Virus record (IMG/VR): IMGVR_UViG_3300032328_000698 | Coordinates: 1 to 38,382 of that record | DNA length: 38,382 nt | Strand: one strand, 5' to 3' | Origin: a virus | Taxonomy: Duplodnaviria > Caudoviricetes | Part shown: positions 25,320-34,016 of the stretch, in pieces | How positions within the stretch are numbered: position 1 is the stretch's first letter | Layout of the letters: each line of letters begins with the position of its first letter | Notes under the pieces: model-generated | The model's database searches: none | Told to the model about the DNA's origin: nothing | What the model saw: the letters and a program-made list of their open reading frames with translations, nothing else | Made by a program: the position numbers and the translations under genes

Positions 25320-28300
25320 CGCCACCATATCTTGTATTTGTTCTAATGCATGATCAATCTGATCTGTATTGGCCTTGACCAATTCTACTCCAAATCCCAG
25401 GGCCTGATCGCTTCGTTGTTTGAAAGTGGGCCACGGCCCTGGTGGAGCAGCTTCCTGGCGTTGTTTATATTCCTCTAGGTCATTCTTTTTACGACGCAGC
25501 CATGTCCATACTGGTATTTTTTTAATGCCTAGTTTTTTCACGATTTGCAAGGCAAATTTATCACCATCCATTTCTTCTTGTTGATCAGATTGTATCGTTG
25601 CAGGGGGTGTCCATGGCCATCGGATACCATGTTCAAAAAGTATATGCCCTACTTCGTGTGCCATCACAAACAGTAGTACCTCCGATGGTGCATCCCACCA
25701 TTCTTCGGCGTCCATGTGTACAGTGTCGCCTTGTATATAGGCCGGGTTCGACGGATTTCCATTCAAGATCTTGACGGGCATTTTCCGAATGGCTTTTTGA
25801 TACTTGGGATCTGCATTCTGTGCGATGATTTCAATAGTATCGCGTGCCCGAGTAGTAAAATTGGACACAGTCTGTGGATCCACTGCCTCAACCATGCTTT
25901 CATAGTCTTCCGCCATAAAATCGTCGTCGGTTGGGTCATCGTACTTGACCGGAGGTTTAATTGTGTCCTGCGGAAACAATTCCTGTGGCACAACAATAGC
26001 AGCACCTGGCTTGGTGGGAGATTGTCGTTCTTTTTCAAATGCTTTACGAATCTGATTATAAATCGGGGCCGTGGTCTGTTTTAACTTGTTGTATTTTAAA
26101 TTTTTCAAGTAATCTACATGTTGTGCTCGGGCAGCATTGTATTCTGCTGTGCCATATGGAATAACAACATTGTTCTTGGTATATCTTATTTGGCCGGCTT
26201 GATCATCCCAGTCGGCCACAAGTCCAGGACTGATTGTATCTACAAATTCACTATCCTCGTTGGTTTTCCGTTTGGCTTTGGCTCTGCCGGCTTTCATGTT
26301 AGCCAGCCAATGTGCCAGTTGTCCTTTGCGGCCGCCCGACTTGGCAGTTTTGCGTAATGAACTCACACTGGCCTTGGTGTTGATACCGTGGCGTTTTGAA
26401 TCGCCTTTGTCTTCGGGGTGCCGACCATCTGCGAAGTTTTCCGCCACCCCTTGTTTACTTTCATTCATACCCTCTGCACCATATTGAGCAATTTTACCTG
26501 CTTTGTGCATGTTTTTTACTCGTTTGAATACTTTGTCTAAATCATCAGTAACACGAACTATCCACCCTTGACTAGCGATATATTTGAATGGGTCACCGAT
26601 GGGCATTTGTTTAATAGGCTTACCGGGATTTTCACTAAACCATTCACCTGTTGGTAATTGTCTGAAATTGCTGGCATCAAACACAGTCAAGTAGGTTTTA
26701 CGACTACGCATTGCTGGCAAATCTTTTTGGTCAAAATAAACAATAGGTTGGCCGTTTTGCGTAAATTCTACATAGCGTGTTTCATGTGCATTGCCTGTAG
26801 CGTATAGTGCTGTTCTACGCGGATCACCAGCAAACAATCCTTTGGTAGTGTTAGTTTTAAGATTTTTGTTTTTCCAATAACTATCGTCACCTGTATCTAA
26901 TCCACTCTGACTCCAATCATCTGTATGCTTGTAGTTCTTGAGATTAGAGCCAAAGTCTTTGATTTCTCGAGAATCTATTCGTGTGACTGTTTGTGGGTTT
27001 CGACCGTCCGCAAAGTTTTCCTTGATCTGTCCACCGCTCACCAGTCGCTGCCACAGGTTCATGGGTATATACCATGCACCATTGACACTTTGTTTGAAGC
27101 CCATGGCCTGCATCTGTTGCGGGCTGTATGAGCCTGACAGTTCGCCAGGACGCAGGAACTTCATTGGCGGTCCGGTATAGGCTTCAGCCATGGCCTGTGG
27201 TAGGAAACTGGCTGCTATGTCTCTACAGGTGTTGAAGATGTCGGCGTTGTCAGTGATCTTGAGATTGAATGGATAGTCTTCAGCAGGATGCTGTGTGGGA
27301 TCTTGCCAACCGGCATAGCATTTTTCAATGCCATAGTCACTCAACAAGTCAGTGCAACTCTCACCATAACGCTCATCCATGTGATCAACACAAGGACTCA
27401 GCGTGGTGACCATGATGGCATTGGGCCCGATACGACCGTGGCGTTTCAAATGCTTGGCTATGGCCACTCGTTCAGCATGACGGCGTGTGCCGTTGGGTCC
27501 GGGCATGTTTATGGCATAGGTATGATTGTTGTCGTTGTCAATCAAACAAGCAGCCACACGCCCATACCGTTCAGGATTGGTTTCGTGGCCATGGCGGATC
27601 ATTTCAATGCACTTTTCCAGCACTGAGTCTAGTTTGCCTAACTTGGTGATCTCTTGGCTTTCGTCCACATCTTCTTCGCCGGGTTCGTCCAGGTCATGTG
27701 TTTTCAAGCCCAGGTTTGTGAGTTCATGGCTGTATTTGTTTTCCAGTTCTTCCGACCCAAACGCAAACACTGTGTGGGGCGGTCCTTGGCCCAGTGTGCT
27801 CTTGTCTATGCCCTTGAGATTGGATATGTGTTGACCCAGTTTATACCAGTCGTACATGTCACTCACATCCACTTTGATAGTTCCGGCAGGCATTTCGGGC
27901 GGAGTTTCAGGACCGGTGGGTGGCTGATTGCCCAAGGCATCCAGTTGTTGGCGCAGTCTTTGTTCTAATACTGTGATACTTTCCTCCACATCTTGCTTGT
28001 GTGGTTGTTTGAATACACTATATATTTTTTGTGTAGTAATACCTTTTATACCATTGGCCTGTAATACCTTGGCTACAAATGTTCCACAGTTTTCTGCGCC
28101 TACTGCGTTAGTGGTAGGAACCGATACTGGTTTTGACAATGAAACTATCTTTATTTTCTGTTCGGGAAACTCTGGATCATCGGTGACTGTGTTAGTGACA
28201 TACACCTCATTGCCTTTATGCCCACTCATCTGTATTTGTCTTCCATCCTGAGTGATAAATCCCACATGATCGTAACTCCATCCCTTGGGTGCTTTATCAC

Positions 28301-31300
28301 TACGAGCAAAGAATATTTTTTGTGCTACTGGATTATCGTTATCTCTGCCTTCTGTCACATCTTGTTTTATTCTCATCAAGTCAAATGTGACAGCATCACC
28401 TCTGTCATGCACATTCTTGAGTCGATATCCCCATGACGCAGCATAGCGTTGCACCATTCGTGAATACAAGTTGACTCTGCTGTCTTTGCCCTGTGTTTCT
28501 TCACCTTTTTCACCAGTGAATGATAGAAATCTTGGTTGTTCTTTTGTGGCCAAGAATGTCTGGATGGCATTCAGCACCGTGGCAAATATTCGTTGAGCAT
28601 CTCCTTCACCTGTCACTTCTTGGCTGTTTCTGCGCCAAAATTCAACCGTGAATGAATCATCGTCTTCGCGATTGAACATGATGCTTAGATTAGAGCCATC
28701 GGGCAGTTGAGTGTAGGCATCATAGTCACCAAATTCACCCTCCTCCCATTGCAACTGATAAGGGTGATTGAAGGCTTCAGTCACAGGTGCTGTGCTCTGT
28801 CTTACTGAGTAATCAATTCCATAGATTGGTTGGTCAGGAGTCATGCGGGCATAGTTGGCCACCCATTCTTGACCCTTGCGCCAGGCTTCGGCTTGATCAG
28901 CAGCATACATCCTGAACACTGGTCGGTCAGTGCTTCTGTCATACACTTCCCACTGTGTCTGTGCCGGTTGCGATGTGTATTGTTCAACATCAGGTTCAAT
29001 GTCTTGCACACCTGCTACTGGAGCAAGTGCTTGACTGGCAGCCTGGCGTTGGCGTTGTAGATCCTGTGTGCTGCCTGGAATGGCGGCGCGTTGAACATTG
29101 TATTCCGCACCAGGATGTTCTTGACGGTATCGTTCCAATCTGTCTATGGCTGCCTGCTCATTGGCGGCCAGGAATGCTACGACTACAGCATTGGTATCCG
29201 TGCCTCTAATGATTTCGTAATGCTGCTGCGCTGCTGTCGGTTCAGGTGCTGCAAACTGCGTGGTATCAACCATCATGTAATCTGCAGCATTGGCATTTTC
29301 TCGAGCAGCCCAGGCCGACATCACGGCACGCATCTGGGCTTGAGTAAAGCCATCTGGCAGGCTGAATCTAAACAAGTAGTCAGGTGCAGGTCCTGATGTT
29401 CCACTACCGTAGGCGAATACCAGAGGATCATCTCTATTCACAATGGCATAACGCCCGTTGGGGTCATTGGGTCTGCCACGGCCCTGCGGGTGTGGTTGTG
29501 TGGTGCTGGCTCCGGCTGCGGGTTCATCTAGTCTGGTAATGGTCAGTGCTGAGTCATCCACAAATCTCCAGTTGGGCTGCTGTCGTATGGCCTGCTTCTT
29601 GGCATCTATGGGGTCAGTGGCTGTGACTTCCACCACGCCGCCGCCCAGTTCAGGCTTCAATGATACTCTCCAGCGATGACCATTCACGATGGCCTCACCG
29701 GACTTCTTGGCCTTGCGGTCCGCCTGTGCTTGCCGCACAAAACTCTTTAGTGCATCAGCAGGTAGTTCGCCTGCTGCATACTTGGCAAATACGGCCAGAG
29801 GATCTTTTTCACCGTTGGGTGCCAGGATCTTGTATAGTTTTTTCAGATACTCTTCGCGATAGGCCTTGGGATCCATGGCTGCCGACAGCGCCACAGTGAA
29901 TCTCAACAGGGTGTTTTCGATCATGCTGAAGTTGTCACCCAGCCAATCACCACCGGGACTACGGAACTCCACATGCCCGTTTTTGGTGTTGATTGAAGTG
30001 TATTTGTCTGTGATACCAGAATGTATGGCCTTGCTGGCCAGTTCGCCCATGTGGCCTTTCATCTTGTCCAGCAAATATTTTGCTTCATAAGGCCGTTTTT
30101 GCACATGGTCCCGCACTTTTTTCATGGCGCTCCGGGCATAGGTGTTGCTCACACGACCAAACTGATCTAACACATATTCGTCGCCCATGAGCAGGGCCAG
30201 TTTCACAAAGTCCAGTTTGTTGAGATCATAGTTGGGCACTGATATGTTGATGTGTAGGCCAGTTGATTTGTTGGTGTAGCAGCCGTTTAGATCTGCCCAC
30301 TTCTTGACCTTGTTCAGGTCTGACATTATTTGATCTATGGGCAAGGGCGGGCTCACAAACTCCAGGCCAGCATCATCAGGATCATCTGGTTCCAGGCTGC
30401 CATCAGGTTCTACCACATAGAAGTTCTTGCCCGGTGCCGGACGCTCTTGACCATACGCATGATAACTGTCACTGGCTCTGGCCGGGCGGCCCACAGCAGC
30501 ACTGAATGATTCTGCTGTTTCCTGAACCGAGGCTCCTTCGCCGCTGCTGCTACTGTAGTTCCAGTGTGGCCAGGTGATGTCGCCGGAATACCTGCGTTCA
30601 ATATCACTCATATATGCCAATTCGGCTTCCGACAACCACTCTTCAAACAGATCTTCATCAAAGAACTCGTCTCTGGCACTTTCCTGGGCATCCTCATACC
30701 AAGGTTCTATTTGTTCAGCAGCGATCTTGTCCGCAGCCAGCCGATATTCCTCGCGACTGATGGGGTCTTCCGATTCCAGATCCAACATGCCTCTCACATC
30801 ATCGTCATCCATGTTGTCTTTGATGTAGTCGTAGATCATCTGTTCGCTGTCCGACTCCCAACGAGTATCAAATGTTTCCGATTGCCAGTCTGAATAATCA
30901 CTCATCATTGAGTCAATCAGACCGTCCACATTTCTGCGACCATTGAAATCACCGTCATAGAAAAAGTCTCGGATGTCTTGAGGGCTGCTGGCCCGCTCGT
31001 CCTGATCGTAGTCCGGCTCCGACTCCTGATTGGTGTAGCCTTCTTCACTTTGAGTGTTGGGCACGATCATCTCAAACTCCATGCCGGCCAAGGCACCTGT
31101 TTTGGCTGCTTCTCGCCGCAGATTCTTGCCGCCCATGTTGATCTCAAACAGATCCTGCTCTTTGAACTCACGCAACAGTTTCTGTAATCCTGCTGTGAGT
31201 AATGCAGGATGGCCTTGGCTATCTGTTTGTAATCCCAGTTTGTTGGCTTCTTTGCCCACAGCACCGGGACGCACATCCCGGGTCAAGGCCATCACAAACC

Positions 31301-32999
31301 TTGGGTCCCGAGCCTGCTTCTTTGTGGGGATATAGCCCGACGCTTCTTCCAGTGTGACCCCATCAAACATTTCTGGCTGCTCTTCGGCCCATTGTCGCAT
31401 GATACGACCGGCCATGGCGTTGGCTTGATCTTCATACGGGCTACCAGTCTCACCAGCATCTGCGGGCAATGGACTCTTCTCATCCTGCTGACGATGTGTC
31501 ATCTCATGAGCCATGGTGCGAAGGATATCCAACACATGGCGACCGTGGGTGGCCAAGATCAGAGTATTGGTTTCAGGATCGTATTGTCCAAAACTGCCAT
31601 TTTCTCTGCTCCAGTCCGGAGTGGTTTCCAAACGCAGTCGAGGTGGATCCTTTAACTCTAACTTGCTCACGCAACTCCGGTAGAAACGATGCAGTATCTT
31701 CTTCAACTGTGCAGGATCCACTGATTCCATGATGCCCGGCTTTGCAAATTTTGACAAGGCGGCCTGTGCCACTGCTTTATAATTTTTAGGATGTAGTCGA
31801 TCTCCAGTGGTTGCCACATCAGCAAGACTCACATAGGTGTCATTTCCAATGGCCGACAGCACATCGTCTCGTGCCGGTTCATGAAAAGGCAATATCCAAA
31901 CATATTGTTTGGCCTTGAGAACATCTCGTATGCGACTGATATTTCTTTTTGTAGCATCGGGATTGGGATTCTTGCCGTTGCCCTTGAGGATGGCATAGTC
32001 ATTGGTCCCGGCACTCACGATGGCCAGATCAGCACCTTGCACTTGAGGATTTGAACTAGCCGCATCAAGGATTTGTCTAGTGTTACGACCCACCACGGCT
32101 TCGTATGGTAGACCGGCTGCCTGTGCTATTCCTAGTGCGATGCTGTCTCCTACTACCACAATCCGAGGACCACCTACCGCTTCGTCCACTTGTTCTGATT
32201 CAGTGCCAGCAGGATGATCTTGGCCAGCATAGGCTGTGCCCGGATACCAGTAATCACGCATGCCATAATTCACACGCTTGCGAGGCTTCTTGGCTTGTTC
32301 TAGACTGAGTTCACGATCACGAATGGCTGTTTTGGCATCTTTCAATCGGCCAATGCAACCCATATTCCGCAACAGTTTAAATGTGATATTCTCGCAGCCA
32401 AACTCGCCATTCTTTTCCAGGCCAGTTTTACGCATGTCCTTGATGCGATCCCACAAGCGATTGATGGCATCTGCATCACCGGATTCAACAGCAGCATGAA
32501 TACGAGCATCAAGATCTGCTGTTTTGTTCTGCACACATGAATCATCTACCTGGGCTCGTCTGCGTTGTGGAACTTGATTCCAGTCGTTATTCTTTATGCT
32601 GTAGATGCCTTGGCTCACATGTTTCTGATCCGCAGGCTGCACATACAGTTCTACAGGCACACCACCGATCCGGATGTCATGTTCATCATTATATTGATAC
32701 TTTTTGGCGTTGAACAATTCCTGATACACAGGATCGTCGGGCATTTCTACCACTAGGTGCAGATCAATGTCTGAATTGTCTGTATAACTATAGGCAGCGT
32801 TGCTGCCCGAGATGGTGATGTCCTGGACTTTGAGATCATCTACGCCCAGGAACTCTTGGAAATCTGCTGCTATGGCCTGAAGTTTTTGTTGCACCTCTGG
32901 CAACAAGTGCTCGTCTGAACCCCATATTCTAGGATTCAGACGAGTGTGGAATTTTACAGCATCGGCGAGATTAAAGTTGTCAAGATCATGGAAATTCAT
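25317..32999 (-). CDS. 2560-aa polyvalent protein: nucleotidyltransferase, SGNH hydrolase, zincin, amidoligase, GNAT-like, papain-like, deaminase and M48-like peptidase domains
   Basis: GSNAAY..DIDLH...VELY (Pol-beta NTase); VVVGDS..GTND..DRLHP (SGNH); AHEMTH..E..A (zincin); GMEFE..EPDGSL..LEFVSPP..TGLHINIS..EFRSPG (COOH-NH2 ligase); DHVGF..ENCGTF; HAE..TLSPC..SC (deaminase); AHEVGH..EMDGD. Confidence 0.85.
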   Translation of the reverse strand: MNFHDLDNFNLADAVKFHTRLNPRIWGSDEHLLPEVQQKLQAIAADFQEFLGVDDLKVQDITISGSNAAYSYTDNSDIDLHLVVEMPDDPVYQELFNAKKYQYNDEHDIRIGGVPVELYVQPADQKHVSQGIYSIKNNDWNQVPQRRRAQVDDSCVQNKTADLDARIHAAVESGDADAINRLWDRIKDMRKTGLEKNGEFGCENITFKLLRNMGCIGRLKDAKTAIRDRELSLEQAKKPRKRVNYGMRDYWYPGTAYAGQDHPAGTESEQVDEAVGGPRIVVVGDSIALGIAQAAGLPYEAVVGRNTRQILDAASSNPQVQGADLAIVSAGTNDYAILKGNGKNPNPDATKRNISRIRDVLKAKQYVWILPFHEPARDDVLSAIGNDTYVSLADVATTGDRLHPKNYKAVAQAALSKFAKPGIMESVDPAQLKKILHRFYRSCVSKLELKDPPRLRLETTPDWSRENGSFGQYDPETNTLILATHGRHVLDILRTMAHEMTHRQQDEKSPLPADAGETGSPYEDQANAMAGRIMRQWAEEQPEMFDGVTLEEASGYIPTKKQARDPRFVMALTRDVRPGAVGKEANKLGLQTDSQGHPALLTAGLQKLLREFKEQDLFEINMGGKNLRREAAKTGALAGMEFEMIVPNTQSEEGYTNQESEPDYDQDERASSPQDIRDFFYDGDFNGRRNVDGLIDSMMSDYSDWQSETFDTRWESDSEQMIYDYIKDNMDDDDVRGMLDLESEDPISREEYRLAADKIAAEQIEPWYEDAQESARDEFFDEDLFEEWLSEAELAYMSDIERRYSGDITWPHWNYSSSSGEGASVQETAESFSAAVGRPARASDSYHAYGQERPAPGKNFYVVEPDGSLEPDDPDDAGLEFVSPPLPIDQIMSDLNKVKKWADLNGCYTNKSTGLHINISVPNYDLNKLDFVKLALLMGDEYVLDQFGRVSNTYARSAMKKVRDHVQKRPYEAKYLLDKMKGHMGELASKAIHSGITDKYTSINTKNGHVEFRSPGGDWLGDNFSMIENTLLRFTVALSAAMDPKAYREEYLKKLYKILAPNGEKDPLAVFAKYAAGELPADALKSFVRQAQADRKAKKSGEAIVNGHRWRVSLKPELGGGVVEVTATDPIDAKKQAIRQQPNWRFVDDSALTITRLDEPAAGASTTQPHPQGRGRPNDPNGRYAIVNRDDPLVFAYGSGTSGPAPDYLFRFSLPDGFTQAQMRAVMSAWAARENANAADYMMVDTTQFAAPEPTAAQQHYEIIRGTDTNAVVVAFLAANEQAAIDRLERYRQEHPGAEYNVQRAAIPGSTQDLQRQRQAASQALAPVAGVQDIEPDVEQYTSQPAQTQWEVYDRSTDRPVFRMYAADQAEAWRKGQEWVANYARMTPDQPIYGIDYSVRQSTAPVTEAFNHPYQLQWEEGEFGDYDAYTQLPDGSNLSIMFNREDDDSFTVEFWRRNSQEVTGEGDAQRIFATVLNAIQTFLATKEQPRFLSFTGEKGEETQGKDSRVNLYSRMVQRYAASWGYRLKNVHDRGDAVTFDLMRIKQDVTEGRDNDNPVAQKIFFARSDKAPKGWSYDHVGFITQDGRQIQMSGHKGNEVYVTNTVTDDPEFPEQKIKIVSLSKPVSVPTTNAVGAENCGTFVAKVLQANGIKGITTQKIYSVFKQPHKQDVEESITVLEQRLRQQLDALGNQPPTGPETPPEMPAGTIKVDVSDMYDWYKLGQHISNLKGIDKSTLGQGPPHTVFAFGSEELENKYSHELTNLGLKTHDLDEPGEEDVDESQEITKLGKLDSVLEKCIEMIRHGHETNPERYGRVAACLIDNDNNHTYAINMPGPNGTRRHAERVAIAKHLKRHGRIGPNAIMVTTLSPCVDHMDERYGESCTDLLSDYGIEKCYAGWQDPTQHPAEDYPFNLKITDNADIFNTCRDIAASFLPQAMAEAYTGPPMKFLRPGELSGSYSPQQMQAMGFKQSVNGAWYIPMNLWQRLVSGGQIKENFADGRNPQTVTRIDSREIKDFGSNLKNYKHTDDWSQSGLDTGDDSYWKNKNLKTNTTKGLFAGDPRRTALYATGNAHETRYVEFTQNGQPIVYFDQKDLPAMRSRKTYLTVFDASNFRQLPTGEWFSENPGKPIKQMPIGDPFKYIASQGWIVRVTDDLDKVFKRVKNMHKAGKIAQYGAEGMNESKQGVAENFADGRHPEDKGDSKRHGINTKASVSSLRKTAKSGGRKGQLAHWLANMKAGRAKAKRKTNEDSEFVDTISPGLVADWDDQAGQIRYTKNNVVIPYGTAEYNAARAQHVDYLKNLKYNKLKQTTAPIYNQIRKAFEKERQSPTKPGAAIVVPQELFPQDTIKPPVKYDDPTDDDFMAEDYESMVEAVDPQTVSNFTTRARDTIEIIAQNADPKYQKAIRKMPVKILNGNPSNPAYIQGDTVHMDAEEWWDAPSEVLLFVMAHEVGHILFEHGIRWPWTPPATIQSDQQEEMDGDKFALQIVKKLGIKKIPVWTWLRRKKNDLEEYKQRQEAAPPGPWPTFKQRSDQALGFGVELVKANTDQIDHALEQIQDMVA

Positions 33000-33003
33000 G
33001 ATC

Positions 33004-33010
33004 TATTTAT
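33004..33010 (-). promoter_or_regulatory. Late-promoter motif ATAAATA
   Basis: 4 nt upstream of the ATG at 32999. Confidence 0.55.
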
Positions 33011-33012
33011 CG

Positions 33013-33960
33013 CTATTCAGCAGTAGCGGTTGTCTCTTCGGCAGTAGCGATTGTGTCTTCAACTTTCTTGTTTGTGGCAATCACAGTGGCTTCCACAGGT
33101 GTAGCAGGTGCTTCTAACTCGGCTGCCGCAGGTTGTTGCTGCATGACGATCTGTGGTTGATTGGCTTGATTGGCCAAGGCAATTTCATGTAGATCAGCAT
33201 ACAATTTGTCTTGGGTCTGGTAATCAAACACATAGGTGCCGGTGTGCTTGAGCAGCACACGCTTGTCCACAAACACTTGTCCGCCAATGTCACGCCAGTT
33301 TTCACAGAAGGTCCAGTCTTCACTGTAGTAACGATTTTCACGCACTGCTGTGTCGAAATAGGTCTTCATGTAAGGATTCAACACAGGGTCCAGGCCGATG
33401 TCATTGGTAAATGGCTTCACAGCAGGATGTGCATTGAGCTTGTCAAACACATGTCGCTTCATCAACAAGAAACCTGTGCCGGTCTTGGTGACTTCGATCA
33501 AGCCGGATGGATCATTCTGCTCGGCACCGGGGATGCCGTTAACACACCATTTCACAGGCAGGCTTTTCATAGGATACAATCCGCCCACCACATCTTTGTC
33601 GTGATTCAACATGACCAGCAAATGCCAGGGTTCCCAGCCAATGTCAGCGTCCACAAACATCAAGTGTGTGGATTCTTTGGTGTGCAGGAACTTGGCAGTG
33701 AGGGTGTTTCTAGCCCGACTGATAAGGGATTCATTGGTCATGGTCTCCACAGTCCAATCCAGCCCCAATTGGCGTGCTACATTGGCCCACTTGATGTAAC
33801 TCATGAATGTAGATTCTGTGAGTTGCCCCCCGTAGCATGGCATGCATATATGAACTCGTGTGGTTTTCAAGTAATCAATGTTTACTTGGATGCTTTGTTG
33901 ACCATTTGCTTGATCCACAGGGGATGCGTTCTGGTAAGGTAGTTGTTGTTCGTCTGCCAT
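33013..33960 (-). CDS. GT-A (GT2-like) glycosyltransferase
   Basis: ICMPCYGG, ESLISRARN, HLMFVDADIGW (DxD), VVGGLYPMK, TGTGFLLMKR, SEDWTFC. Confidence 0.8.
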   Translation of the reverse strand: MADEQQLPYQNASPVDQANGQQSIQVNIDYLKTTRVHICMPCYGGQLTESTFMSYIKWANVARQLGLDWTVETMTNESLISRARNTLTAKFLHTKESTHLMFVDADIGWEPWHLLVMLNHDKDVVGGLYPMKSLPVKWCVNGIPGAEQNDPSGLIEVTKTGTGFLLMKRHVFDKLNAHPAVKPFTNDIGLDPVLNPYMKTYFDTAVRENRYYSEDWTFCENWRDIGGQVFVDKRVLLKHTGTYVFDYQTQDKLYADLHEIALANQANQPQIVMQQQPAAAELEAPATPVEATVIATNKKVEDTIATAEETTATAE

Positions 33961-34016
33961 AAGGCCCTTTCAATGTTGTAGAATATTTAACGGAGTATAG
34001 CAGGCCGGTAGAATTT

